Shown: one piece after another, positions 1 to 9,295 of the stretch
Numbering within the stretch: position 1 is the first letter of the stretch
Layout: every line of letters starts with the position of its first letter
Virus record (IMG/VR): IMGVR_UViG_3300012348_000042
Span: 1 to 24,724 of that record
Origin: a virus
Lineage: Duplodnaviria > Caudoviricetes
Strand: one strand, 5' to 3'
Length of the DNA stretch: 24,724 bases
The notes under the pieces: model-generated
The model's database searches: none
What the model saw: the letters and a program-made list of their open reading frames with translations, nothing else
Told to the model about the DNA's origin: nothing
Made by a program: the position numbers and the translations under genes

Positions 1-417
1 GCTGATAGTGCATGGTCGATCATTGAGGCTATGAAGGGCTGCCGAGGGGATGTCTCTGTGACTGTTCTCGGTTCTGCCTACAGCGCAGCCTCTATGATTG
101 CTTGTATGGCTAATGAGTGCTACATTGCTGAGAGTGCAGACTTCATGCTCCACACGGCTCACTATGGCTCTATCGGTACAGTACCTAACGTCAAGAACCA
201 GACTGACTTTGCTACCAAGCAGATCAACAAGCTACTGGATACCTGCTACACAGGTTTCTTGACAGCTAAGGAACTTGATGAGCTGAAGAACGGTAAGGAA
301 TTTTGGTATTCAGCAGACGAGGCACAAGCTCGCATGTTAAAACGATATAAGTATTTAAACAGCCTGAATAAGCCTAAAAAGCCTAAAAAGGAAATAGATG
401 TTCCAAAAACTGAATAA
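1..417 (+). CDS. clpP: ClpP-like (peptidase S14/S49) serine protease, N-terminus truncated by window edge
   Basis: Frame is open from base 1 (ADSAWSIIEAMKG..). It shows the ClpP-like pattern V.VTVLGSAYSAASMI (catalytic Ser) and FMLH (catalytic His), then KEFWYSADEA in place of the usual D.(W/Y)..A.EA. Confidence 0.8.
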   Translation, partial: ADSAWSIIEAMKGCRGDVSVTVLGSAYSAASMIACMANECYIAESADFMLHTAHYGSIGTVPNVKNQTDFATKQINKLLDTCYTGFLTAKELDELKNGKEFWYSADEAQARMLKRYKYLNSLNKPKKPKKEIDVPKTE

Positions 418-937
418 AACTTGTTGTTGTTGTAAAGGAGAAAAAGACATTTCTTGTTTTAATAACTCGTCAAGATCAAAAGACGGAAAACAAGCAAGAT
501 GTAAAGAATGCGTCCATCTTTATTACTTAAATAATAAGAGTGTCCGCTTACAGAAGAAAAAGGAATACTATGAAAAGAACAGAGATAAAATATTAGCTGC
601 TGAACATAAAAGATATAAGAAACAATCAGAAAGACTAAAGCAGCAGGCACGGGATTTTAGGAAGAACAACCCAGATAAGCACAACGCCTTAAACGCACGT
701 ACACGAGCTTCTAAACTACAGGCACTCCCTAAGTGGCTGAACGAAGATGATAAGTGGATGATGAAGGAGGCATATTCTCTGGCTCAACTGAGAACCCGCT
801 TATTTGGTTTCATGTGGCATGTGGATCATATCGTACCCTTGAGAGGTAAGAACGTATGTGGTTTGCATGTTCCGTGGAATCTTCAAGTAATCCCTGCAAC
901 TGAAAACTTGAGTAAAAGTAATCAGTGGATTGAGTAA
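398..937 (+). CDS. HNH homing endonuclease with N-terminal Cys4 zinc-finger
   Basis: N-term C..CKGEK...F......DG.QARCKEC; C-term WHVDHIVPLRGKNVCGLHVPWNLQVIPATENLSKSN. Confidence 0.9.
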   Translation: MFQKLNKTCCCCKGEKDISCFNNSSRSKDGKQARCKECVHLYYLNNKSVRLQKKKEYYEKNRDKILAAEHKRYKKQSERLKQQARDFRKNNPDKHNALNARTRASKLQALPKWLNEDDKWMMKEAYSLAQLRTRLFGFMWHVDHIVPLRGKNVCGLHVPWNLQVIPATENLSKSNQWIE

Positions 938-940
938 ACG

Positions 941-975
941 AAAAAGGCCACTAGAGCGTCAACTCTAGTGGCCTT
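941..975. terminator. Intrinsic terminator between convergent arms (stronger on minus strand)
   Basis: Perfect 13-bp stem AAGGCCACTAGAG (944-956) / CTCTAGTGGCCTT (963-975) with a 6-nt loop. The A-run at 941-945 gives a U-tract on the minus strand. It lies between convergent stops at 937 and 988. Confidence 0.85.
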
Positions 976-987
976 ATCTGTTTGTGC

Positions 988-1215
988 TTACAGTTTCTGA
1001 TTGTGCAATACAGCAACTACAGCAGCAATACCGCCTGCGATCCACAGGATAGGTTTAGCTACCTTAGCTACCCAATCGAGGACTGTGAAAGCCCCTTGAG
1101 CAGCATGGAAAGCAGATACCATGTCCTCTGTATCTGTTGCTACTTTGTCTACCTTAGCTTCTACCGCTATGAGCCTCTCGTAGATCTCGTTGTGGGATAC
1201 TTCCTGTTGTTTCAT
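988..1215 (-). CDS. Small membrane protein of lysis cassette (coiled-coil plus C-terminal TM; holin/antiholin-like)
   Basis: 75 aa. ERLIAVEAKVDKV coiled coil, hydrophobic PILWIAGGIAAVVAVL, and a 4-nt overlap with the holin. Confidence 0.6.
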   Translation of the reverse strand: MKQQEVSHNEIYERLIAVEAKVDKVATDTEDMVSAFHAAQGAFTVLDWVAKVAKPILWIAGGIAAVVAVLHNQKL

Positions 1216-1616
1216 TTTCTACCTTTAAGTTCCATAATCTTTTCAAGAGTGCGTCCCCCAAAGTAGAAAGACATAACGAGCATTCCCCACTGACCCAACA
1301 ACTGTACGTAGGACTCATTGGCTTTAATGCCATTAGCGTCCATGATACCGAAGATGAAGTATCCGGCAAAGATAGCTACAAGCGTCATAGGCCGGATATT
1401 CTTGGACAGCCAAGAGTCAGAGGACATATCGGCTACGTGGCGGCCAGTGAGGTTGTTCTGCTCAGTCTTGAACAGCTCAGTATCATTAGCCATCTTAGCA
1501 AGTTCGCCTGATTGAGCTAACTCCAAGAGCTTCACCTGAGCCTCTGCCTTTTGAGCAGGATCAGGGAAGAACTTGTCTAAGATTTTACCTGCGAAGGGTA
1601 AGAGTAGTTCAATCAT
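1212..1616 (-). CDS. Holin (3TM holin, GTA-type family)
   Basis: Signature DMSSDSWLSKNIRPMTL, two hydrophobic helices and FYFGGRTLEK; adjacent to the endolysin. Confidence 0.85.
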   Translation of the reverse strand: MIELLLPFAGKILDKFFPDPAQKAEAQVKLLELAQSGELAKMANDTELFKTEQNNLTGRHVADMSSDSWLSKNIRPMTLVAIFAGYFIFGIMDANGIKANESYVQLLGQWGMLVMSFYFGGRTLEKIMELKGRK

Positions 1617-2073
1617 AAAAGTGCCTCTTTTTCAGGTTCTCAGTTGCCGTAAGTAACTGTAAGTTTGCAGGGACATGAAGACCGCAAACATTTTTACCGT
1701 GTAAAGGGATAATGTGATCTACTTGATACTCTACACCAAGGGCAGCACTACGTAGTACAGCTAATGAATAGATTTCCTTGATAAATAAAGCATCTAACTC
1801 AGTCAACCAGTTAGGCGTTGCTTGCTTAACTGTCATTTTTCTTTTACGTGACCAGTTTCGCTTTTCAGCTTTTCTATTAGGCAAGGAAGCTCTTTCTTTA
1901 TCGTACTTCCGCAGCTTATCTCCTTTAAGCTCTCTGCGGGTTTTGTCGTACTGGGCTTTCAGGGCTTTCGCTTCAGGAGATTTATCACGATTGGCTAACA
2001 CTTCTTCTTTATTACGAAGATACCAGTTTCTCTTATAAATCTTATCCCGTTCTTCTTTTGTTAGAGCATTCAT
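1609..2073 (-). CDS. Free-standing HNH endonuclease inserted between endolysin and holin
   Basis: YQVDHIIPLHGKNVCGLHVPANLQLLTATENLKK, preceded by a basic helical region and TPNWL. Same subfamily as 398-937. Confidence 0.9.
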   Translation of the reverse strand: MNALTKEERDKIYKRNWYLRNKEEVLANRDKSPEAKALKAQYDKTRRELKGDKLRKYDKERASLPNRKAEKRNWSRKRKMTVKQATPNWLTELDALFIKEIYSLAVLRSAALGVEYQVDHIIPLHGKNVCGLHVPANLQLLTATENLKKRHFYD

Positions 2074-2453
2074 ATATATTTACTTCTATGTAATTCAATA
2101 TGAGGATAATCTTTAAACGTAATCCAATCCCCACCAGAGACAATTGGAATGTCCATAGACTTAGCTATCTTCTTGATGTGGTCAATTACAGGAATGTAGT
2201 ACTTAGCATCCCAAGTAACTTCGCCATCTTTGATGACAGCAATGTCCACAGCCTTACCTGTGATGTGTCTACTGTTCATCGTCTGAGACTTCCCCGCATC
2301 AAAGAGAGCCTTCTGGCGCTCCTTAGTGCGTAGACCTTCAGTGATGGAGAAGTCCAGAGGACTGTCTTTGATAGCTTCGTTAAAGACCCTCTGCAAGTCT
2401 GGGTGGACTTGAGAGAGCCTCTCGGAGCTTTTAGTTCCGAATGAGAATGTCAT
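2070..2453 (-). CDS. Endolysin, M15 family L-alanyl-D-glutamate peptidase (T5-lysin-like)
   Basis: VHPDL..V...AI, DFSITEGLRT.ERQ..L, S.TMNSRH.TG.AVD, GGDW..FKDYPH.EL motifs; no cell-wall binding domain. Confidence 0.9.
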   Translation of the reverse strand: MTFSFGTKSSERLSQVHPDLQRVFNEAIKDSPLDFSITEGLRTKERQKALFDAGKSQTMNSRHITGKAVDIAVIKDGEVTWDAKYYIPVIDHIKKIAKSMDIPIVSGGDWITFKDYPHIELHRSKYI

Positions 2454-4315
2454 TGAGGTGCTCCCATTTCTTTACGTAAAGATTCCAGTTCTTGCTGTTC
2501 AGCAGGGGAAAGCTGTACTGGTTGTTGTGGGCCTGTCTGCAAACGTTGCAACTCTTCTGGCGGTATTTTAATCTCACGATACATCTCTGCCAGTTTAGCA
2601 GCAGCAGCAGTGGCATTACCTTTACTTGCAGCCGAAGAAGCCTGTAAAAGCTTATTGGTAGCGGCGCTTGAGTAGGCAATCTTAGCGGCAATCTTAGGAG
2701 CAATCACAAGACTAGCGAGACCCGCCACAGCGCCATAACCTGCCCCCATTGAGTCCCCTGAATACACATTACCAGCAGAAGCACCCAACACGCTTGACAG
2801 AGTGGCCGCAGTAGCTAAATCTATTGATTTACCGCGCTGGCTCAGAATTTTACCTGCGTTAGCAATTACTTTAGCTCTATTCTGGACTGCCGGAGGGAGG
2901 ATAGCTTGGAACTGTTCTGCGGTAGCTTTATCCTTTAATTTGTTTGCAATGTTTGTCAATCCCCCATCAGCAAAAGTCTTCTCAAGATAAGCACGTTGAA
3001 TATTCTCAGCAAGTCCTGTAGTATCCACCCCCAGAGCTTTAGCACGATTCAACATCATCTGAGTTTCTTTCCAAGAAGAAACATTACCAGAACTAATGAT
3101 ATTATCGGCAATCTTTTCAGGATACTTATTAGCAGCAGTGGCTAACAACTTAGGATCGAGCTCAGTGATAGCCTGCTTGTAGCCGCTGTTCAATGCCTTA
3201 TAGCTATCTTTCAAAGTAGGAGAAGCTGCTTCAGCGGCTGCATCCATTGCTTTGGTGATCTCCTGCACTGCTTTGTTTACGATGTTGTAACCTACCGTAC
3301 CTTTTTCAAGCTCCCGCTGCTTTTCCAATAATTTAGAGCGCACTTCGTTAGCTTGTTTGAACGTAAGATCAGGCTTGATTGCTAATAAATCTTGGGCTTC
3401 TTTATAACCACTCGCGCCCATCAGACTAGAAGCAGACGCCCCTTCAGTCAACTTTTCCTGTGCCTGCTTAATTGCAGTAGCACCTACATTGTTAATAGAC
3501 ACCATAGACACAGGAGCTGATCCTTCTTTGTCCATGAGATTTCCAAGATTAGTTCCGTAATCCTCGTAAAGCTTGCTTCTTCCTTGCTTCTGTGCTGCTG
3601 TCAGCCCCATACCAAGCTCTTCACGCGACAGGACAGTGCTAGCAAGCTCGTCTGCTAATGCTGAGACTTCATTCGATAAGGCATTCTTCATCTCAATATC
3701 TTTAGCAGAAGCTGCTTTTGTAGGGCCGATGCGAGAGACACGCTCTGTCACTTTAAACAAAGTAGATTCAGGAGCAGCTTCTTGAATACCTAACGTAGTG
3801 CCTTGACGTTGGAGCATACGTTGAACTTCTTGCCTCGCTGCTAATTGCTCGGCTTCTGAGATTGAAGGGCCAAATAAACGGGTTCCTACAGGAGACTCTC
3901 GTAATGCTGTGGCTCCCTTAGACAGACCTCTTCCAACAACCTGCCCAATTCCTTCAGTGCCCGCACCCAAGAGAAATTCTTTAGGGTATTCTAAGGCCAT
4001 ACGAGCAGCATCTACTGGTTTATTCAGCCCGAAAGTTTCAATTAGTTGCTTACCTGCCGTACCTAATGCAGCGCCTCCTCCGGACAACCCCATACGGAGA
4101 GGAATACTGAGCTGCCCAACTCCGGGAAGCATAGTAGCAGCCATTGACCCGACCATCGGTAAAGTCTCAGCCCCAATCTCTAACGCTGTTTTGCGAGTCT
4201 GTTCCGGGTTATATTCAGGAGTTACAGCACCTGCAATAGGCTCACCGAGAGGGCCGTAGCCCATCTCTTGCCGCAGTGCTTCCAGTTCCTGTTGTTCTGC
4301 TTGTGTTAAAGCCAT
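2450..4315 (-). CDS. Internal virion / DNA ejection protein (large)
   Basis: 621 aa, helical, with Gly/Ala-rich hydrophobic segments near both ends; last of three genes after the tail tubular genes, as in podoviruses. Confidence 0.65.
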   Translation of the reverse strand: MALTQAEQQELEALRQEMGYGPLGEPIAGAVTPEYNPEQTRKTALEIGAETLPMVGSMAATMLPGVGQLSIPLRMGLSGGGAALGTAGKQLIETFGLNKPVDAARMALEYPKEFLLGAGTEGIGQVVGRGLSKGATALRESPVGTRLFGPSISEAEQLAARQEVQRMLQRQGTTLGIQEAAPESTLFKVTERVSRIGPTKAASAKDIEMKNALSNEVSALADELASTVLSREELGMGLTAAQKQGRSKLYEDYGTNLGNLMDKEGSAPVSMVSINNVGATAIKQAQEKLTEGASASSLMGASGYKEAQDLLAIKPDLTFKQANEVRSKLLEKQRELEKGTVGYNIVNKAVQEITKAMDAAAEAASPTLKDSYKALNSGYKQAITELDPKLLATAANKYPEKIADNIISSGNVSSWKETQMMLNRAKALGVDTTGLAENIQRAYLEKTFADGGLTNIANKLKDKATAEQFQAILPPAVQNRAKVIANAGKILSQRGKSIDLATAATLSSVLGASAGNVYSGDSMGAGYGAVAGLASLVIAPKIAAKIAYSSAATNKLLQASSAASKGNATAAAAKLAEMYREIKIPPEELQRLQTGPQQPVQLSPAEQQELESLRKEMGAPQ

Positions 4316-5487
4316 TATTGCCCCTTTGCTTTGCGTTCCAATTCAGCTAATCGTTTAAGCTTATCGCTTACTTCTTTTCTGGATTCCTCAGAACCTCTTA
4401 CAAAGTCGTATTCAGATAGTTTACCTTTTTGCTGATACTCATTGGCTTTCTGGTACTGTCGTTGGTTAATTAAAGCATCCTTTTCAAGATTGCTCAGAAT
4501 ACCCTTCAAACCAGCTTTAGTTGTTGCCCCTTGCCCAATAGCATCCCCCAAGATAGCCATGTCTTTATCCGACAGAGAGCCTTTAAGAACAGTAGAATTA
4601 CCGATCTTCAAGTTATTCTGCAATGAGCGAAGTTGCTCAGTCTCAGAAGTTCCTTTAATAGGGATACCAAAAGCTTCAGCAATTTGACCTGCTGTAAGTT
4701 TAGAATCAGAAGCAAAACCAGCAAAAGACTGATCAATCAAAGGTTTAATTGTTTTAACTGCCTCTAATGTCTGACCTGCCTGAATACCTGTATCCCTTAG
4801 CTTGCCAAAAGCCTCTACGTTAGATTTAGTAACAGCTTCGTCCTGCTTGACCTGAACATTGACTGAAGTACCTTTACCTTTGCGAGTGCTTTCCAGCTCC
4901 GCAGCAGCAAAAGCCTGCATCTGTTTCTGGAACTCAGGAGTACCTTCTTTCAGGCCAGCATCTTTAAGAACCTGACCATAAGTAGAAACTTTTACAGCTT
5001 CCGGAACCTCTAACAACCCAATATCATTACCTGCGTCTTGAGCAGCTTTGACAGAAGCAGGGGTTGCTTTAGCAGCCAAAGCAGCAAATACTTTCTCATC
5101 TAACCCTGCTGCTAGTTTCTCACGGTTATTCTTATTAATAACAGATTCTTTCTCACGCATAACTAAAGCTTGCTGCGCCAGTTGTTGTGCATCGGAGGGG
5201 TATTGCTCTTTAATGGCATTAGCCATCTTTAACAAACCCTCAGCACTGGTGATGTCGTACTCCTGCGCCGCACGACGCAAATCAGAAGCTCGTCGAATAG
5301 TAGGATCTTGGACATCCACACCAAAAGCACCTGCCAAACCTCGACCTAAGCCAGCACCTGCTTTATAGCCCATACCGGCTAAGCGTTGCTCTTGTGTCTG
5401 CTCAGCAAACTTAGCAGCACGTTGCTCATCAAGTTGACGTTGCATTGCTGCCTCGTCCCCTCCTAGCATATCAAATAATCCAGCCAT
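4315..5487 (-). CDS. Internal virion / DNA ejection protein
   Basis: 390 aa, starts MAGLFD.LGG, has a GAGLGRGLAGAFG segment and GTSVNV linker; position in the ejection cluster. Confidence 0.65.
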   Translation of the reverse strand: MAGLFDMLGGDEAAMQRQLDEQRAAKFAEQTQEQRLAGMGYKAGAGLGRGLAGAFGVDVQDPTIRRASDLRRAAQEYDITSAEGLLKMANAIKEQYPSDAQQLAQQALVMREKESVINKNNREKLAAGLDEKVFAALAAKATPASVKAAQDAGNDIGLLEVPEAVKVSTYGQVLKDAGLKEGTPEFQKQMQAFAAAELESTRKGKGTSVNVQVKQDEAVTKSNVEAFGKLRDTGIQAGQTLEAVKTIKPLIDQSFAGFASDSKLTAGQIAEAFGIPIKGTSETEQLRSLQNNLKIGNSTVLKGSLSDKDMAILGDAIGQGATTKAGLKGILSNLEKDALINQRQYQKANEYQQKGKLSEYDFVRGSEESRKEVSDKLKRLAELERKAKGQ

Positions 5488-5499
5488 GTTATTTCCTTA

Positions 5500-6522
5500 T
5501 CAGTAGCCGCTAAGCATAGCGTATTGCTGTTGAGTCATGTTAGTGCCTTGCTGCGGAGCAGTCCTGCCACCTAAACCAGCAATCAACTGAGCGATAGGAT
5601 CAGACAAGCCAGCAATGCCTCCTGTCAAAGCAGCACTTTGCAGTCCTGCCGCGCCGGATTGCAAAGCAGCATTGCGAGCAGCAGCAGCATTCAAAAGAGA
5701 GCCTTGATTCGAACCAGCAGCAGCTACGCTAGAACCCAACGCTGTACCTTGTGTGAGAGCGTTCTGACCCAAGCCTTCAACGGTCTGAGCACCGCTGAGA
5801 TATGACTGCCAAGGAGCCAGAGCCTGTGTCTGCAAGCCGTAGCCTTGACCTGCCAAGGCAGCACCTGTACCGAACAAACCTGCGCCGTACACAGCTTGTT
5901 GTTGTGCTTGCTGCTGAGCGTTAGCAGCCATCTGAGCATCTTGTTGAGCAATAGCGTTGTAGTAAGCAGCCATTTCAGGGTTGGTAGCAGCACGATCCCC
6001 TGCCATTGTAGCGCCTGTGGCTAAACCACTACGGCCTGTTTGCTGTAGGTTGTTACGAATCTGTGCTAACTGTTGTTCACGCTGAGGAGCTAACAAACCT
6101 TGCTGTTGGCCCATCACCCGCTGTGCAGCAGCTTCAGGGGATTCAGCAATATACTGCTGACCTAAGTTGAATAAACCTTGAGCAGCTCCAGTCAGTGGAG
6201 CTTGAAAGCCCTGAGCAGCTTGAGCCTGTGCTAAAGAACCACCGGCCATGCCCAACAGTGCTTCACGCTGAGCAGCAACGTCAGGAGCTACTTGGTAGCC
6301 CGCACCTGTCAAGCGACCATTAGCGTCATAGTTAAAGCCTGAAGAGCCAAAGCGAGTAGTGACACCCACAGGGCGGAAGGCAGCAGCTTCAGCGGCTTGC
6401 TGTGCAGCAGCAGTGTTAGCATTAGCCACATTCTGTTGAGCACCCGCTGCTTGGTTAGCTGAGTAGATAGTGCCTGCTGCGTTGATTGCAGGCCCGATTA
6501 AAGATGTCCAATCAAAAGCCAT
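5500..6522 (-). CDS. Internal virion / pilot-like ejection protein (Ala/Gln/Gly-rich)
   Basis: 340 aa, A/Q/G-rich, FRPVGVTTRFGSS motif, hydrophobic N-terminus; first of the ejection cluster. Confidence 0.65.
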   Translation of the reverse strand: MAFDWTSLIGPAINAAGTIYSANQAAGAQQNVANANTAAAQQAAEAAAFRPVGVTTRFGSSGFNYDANGRLTGAGYQVAPDVAAQREALLGMAGGSLAQAQAAQGFQAPLTGAAQGLFNLGQQYIAESPEAAAQRVMGQQQGLLAPQREQQLAQIRNNLQQTGRSGLATGATMAGDRAATNPEMAAYYNAIAQQDAQMAANAQQQAQQQAVYGAGLFGTGAALAGQGYGLQTQALAPWQSYLSGAQTVEGLGQNALTQGTALGSSVAAAGSNQGSLLNAAAARNAALQSGAAGLQSAALTGGIAGLSDPIAQLIAGLGGRTAPQQGTNMTQQQYAMLSGY

Positions 6523-6524
6523 AA

Positions 6525-6755
6525 TTAATAACTCCCGCCTTCAAGTGTTGCAAGTAATGTTCCTGTCACAGTCAGATTTACTGCTGTGGCTGTCCCTGTC
6601 AGAGCAGGGCTGGCTTTATCAGCCTTTGAGTTAACTGCCGAGGCAATAGAATTGAATTCAGTGTCAATCTCTGTGCCTTTGACCAGCTTGTTAGAGTTCC
6701 CTGATGCCAGAGAATCTTTAACAGCAAAGTCAGTAGCTTTGGTGTAATTACTCAT
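6525..6755 (-). CDS. Small virion/tail protein ending in a GGxY motif
   Basis: MSNYTKATDFAVKD.L.SGN..K.VKGTEID.EF..IA.AV.SKAD resembles a fibre/needle N-terminal anchor; C-term TLEGGSY. Confidence 0.65.
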   Translation of the reverse strand: MSNYTKATDFAVKDSLASGNSNKLVKGTEIDTEFNSIASAVNSKADKASPALTGTATAVNLTVTGTLLATLEGGSY

Positions 6756-6764
6756 AGTAGTACC

Positions 6765-8306
6765 TTATTTAGTTCTTCCAGCTTTGACGTAACAATCAAG
6801 CTTTTGAAGAGATAATTCAAAACCATTGATTTCAGCTTCCATTCCGATCTGTAACACATTACCTGATCCCGAAGCATTGATCTGTTTGTTGTCGAATACA
6901 ACACCTGCTGTGTATTCACCGATGTTATACTCAGCTACTCCATACTCGGCAATGTTGATATTACCTAAAGTGATGCTTCTAGACAAGAAACTAGGGCTGT
7001 AATCAAAGCCATACTTGACAATCAAATCAGCACCAGTGCCGCCCACCAATGTCATGTTAATCTTCTTCAAGATCTTCAATGCGGTAGGGGAACCGAAGTC
7101 AAAGTAGTTAGTGTAATATTTTAACCGATATGAGGCATCGTTGTCAAGGTTATTTTCGTATTTACCGATAAAACTTTCTTGTCCAAGCAATAAATCTTTA
7201 CTCCGAGTGTACGCAAAGGCTTTAGGTGTGATATTATTCCACACCGTAGTCCTAGCTGCACCGTTCTGAAGCGTAGCTCTCATGTCAAAGCAGTAGACAA
7301 TGTTAGTAGTAGGTAAGGACAACAAGTAGAAGGCATCCTTATCGGAATACACAGCTTTAATGTCTTCCGCCTGTTCATTCAGGACATCAGCTACCAAATC
7401 ATCCTTGACGTTGAGACTGATCTCTCGCATAGGTGCTGACTTCTCCTGCACTGTACGCATAATAGAACGTACACCTGTATCGGACAAGAACACCACATCA
7501 CCGCCTGTAACCACTACCGAGTCACGAGCTACACAGCCCACACCGCTAATAGAGTCAGTAAGAGTCATTGTTGAAGGGTCTTTAGCACCTGAGTAAATCA
7601 GGATTTGCCTACGACCAAAGATCATCAGGAAGCCGTTATGGGCTGCCAAAGCAATAACTTCATCAGCTCCGTTAGGCCATATCTGAGCTACGTTCAAAGT
7701 ACCTGAAGTACCTGTATTCAGTACATGACCAGAAAGCAAGTCAGAGAACTGAATGGTATTCTTGTCCACTGAGGTATTAGCTGACCATGTACGGCCATAG
7801 GCACTGATTACACAGTTAGCACTCTGGACAGTACCTAAGTAGCCAGAAGCTTCTGAGATACGCCTGTACTGTGTCGTACTGACAGCAGGGTCAAACACCA
7901 GAGGAGCATGGCCTGCTTGATACAAGTACAACCGACCGTTCAAAGGAGCCATCTGCCAGTTGTCGTTAGAGATAGTAGGGGCTACGCCTCCACCGCCATA
8001 GGTCAACTCAGTCAGGGTAGCACCCACCAGTTTAAAGAGTTTATTAGCTCCTCCGGCAACGATGTAGCTAGTACCGTCATTGCCAATCAATTCGTGGATA
8101 GCTTTGACATAAGAACCCGAGAGAGCTGCAAGAGATGCGTGAGCAGTGCTCCATCCCCTACGTGCTCCAATACGTCCAAACTTATCAATAACACAGTTCT
8201 GAGCAACAGTAGCATAACCATTATCCAAGCTAACCGAAGAGTCTTGGAGGTTGAGGCCCTGAAAGCCCGGAGCTTGAATAGTTGTGGTTAATAGTTGTTC
8301 AGCCAT
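6765..8306 (-). CDS. Tail tubular protein B / packaged-DNA stabilisation (nozzle) protein
   Basis: 513 aa, beta-rich, GF.GLN...S N-term, NCVIDK.GRI..R.G and GVGC.ARDS.......V.FLS..GVRS; follows the adaptor gene. Confidence 0.75.
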   Translation of the reverse strand: MAEQLLTTTIQAPGFQGLNLQDSSVSLDNGYATVAQNCVIDKFGRIGARRGWSTAHASLAALSGSYVKAIHELIGNDGTSYIVAGGANKLFKLVGATLTELTYGGGGVAPTISNDNWQMAPLNGRLYLYQAGHAPLVFDPAVSTTQYRRISEASGYLGTVQSANCVISAYGRTWSANTSVDKNTIQFSDLLSGHVLNTGTSGTLNVAQIWPNGADEVIALAAHNGFLMIFGRRQILIYSGAKDPSTMTLTDSISGVGCVARDSVVVTGGDVVFLSDTGVRSIMRTVQEKSAPMREISLNVKDDLVADVLNEQAEDIKAVYSDKDAFYLLSLPTTNIVYCFDMRATLQNGAARTTVWNNITPKAFAYTRSKDLLLGQESFIGKYENNLDNDASYRLKYYTNYFDFGSPTALKILKKINMTLVGGTGADLIVKYGFDYSPSFLSRSITLGNINIAEYGVAEYNIGEYTAGVVFDNKQINASGSGNVLQIGMEAEINGFELSLQKLDCYVKAGRTK

Positions 8307-8957
8307 TTATGTAGCACTCCATTCCATTTCTTCATTGTAGTGGTTGCGCTCAATAGCAACAGCATCTGCCAAGGCTAAACGGTACATCTGGTAAGCTTCA
8401 GAACTTAACAAGCCAGAATCCTCACCTCGCTCAGCAATAGCCTTAGAGTAAGTCAACATAGCTACCAAATGATCAGGCACTAAGATACGTGTGTTGTCCA
8501 CAACCAAATCAGCCTGAGGGATAACCAAGTTAAAGCGAATGTTATACACACCATCAGGGATAGGGTACATATCCACTTGAGTATCGCCATTAGAGTCTAC
8601 ACCGTTAAAGTTGTAGTACAGAGGCTCACCCTTTTGAGTATCAGTCAGGAGATACTGTCTGTTCATCCATGTGGAAGGGGCGTAACGTAGATTAAAGTCA
8701 CTGGTGTCGTTAAGAACATCCATGACCCTAAAACGTGTACGAGAACCTGTCAGCACATAGTTGAATACAGCGTCAGAAGTTACCGCTGTCAAGGTATCAG
8801 TTAAAGCGTTCCAATCGTAGGCATCTTCTACCTCACGCTTGGCATCATTAATCATGACTCCAATCATAGCGCTGTACTCAGTGTCATTGACAGAGGATAC
8901 TACAGGCTCACGCAAGCGTCTGAGCACATTGTTAACGATGTCTAAATACGTAGCCAT
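8307..8957 (-). CDS. Tail tubular protein A / head-tail adaptor
   Basis: MATYLDIVNNVLRRLRE..V, INDAKREVE...DW, YPIPDGVY: typical podovirus adaptor pattern. Confidence 0.8.
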   Translation of the reverse strand: MATYLDIVNNVLRRLREPVVSSVNDTEYSAMIGVMINDAKREVEDAYDWNALTDTLTAVTSDAVFNYVLTGSRTRFRVMDVLNDTSDFNLRYAPSTWMNRQYLLTDTQKGEPLYYNFNGVDSNGDTQVDMYPIPDGVYNIRFNLVIPQADLVVDNTRILVPDHLVAMLTYSKAIAERGEDSGLLSSEAYQMYRLALADAVAIERNHYNEEMEWSAT

Positions 8958-8959
8958 TC

Positions 8960-9295
8960 TTAGACTCCTTCTTTCTTATACAATTCAAAGGTGCAGATAG
9001 TACTGAAAGAGCTACCTGCTTCACTCGCCATGACAACAGTATCGCCTTCTTCCATGATCACATAAGCACCACCATCCATGCGAACGTAACTACCTGATGC
9101 GATAGTGCCGTTGTGCACGTGGATGTTTGCGGATGCACTATGGTCATGCCAGTAGGCAGCGATGCTCTGGGTAGAGCCTGTATTGTTAAACAGGTACATC
9201 AGTGACCACTTAGCATAGTAACCAAGCGGAACTGTGTACACTGTTGTAGGTGTCGCTGCTGTGAGGTTAATACCTACTGATACAGGGCGTGTCAT
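8960..9295 (-). CDS. Small beta-rich virion structural protein
   Basis: 111 aa, TTVYTVP and MEEGD.V motifs, located in the tail module. Confidence 0.6.
   Translation of the reverse strand: MTRPVSVGINLTAATPTTVYTVPLGYYAKWSLMYLFNNTGSTQSIAAYWHDHSASANIHVHNGTIASGSYVRMDGGAYVIMEEGDTVVMASEAGSSFSTICTFELYKKEGV

Noticed and set aside
1609-2073. Group I intron housing the HNH
   Set aside because: The HNH overlaps intact flanking genes with no non-coding room for an intron core; endolysin motifs are complete.
988-2453. Spanin (Rz/Rz1) genes
   Set aside because: No lipobox-bearing or N-terminal-TM coiled-coil ORF identified in the lysis cassette.
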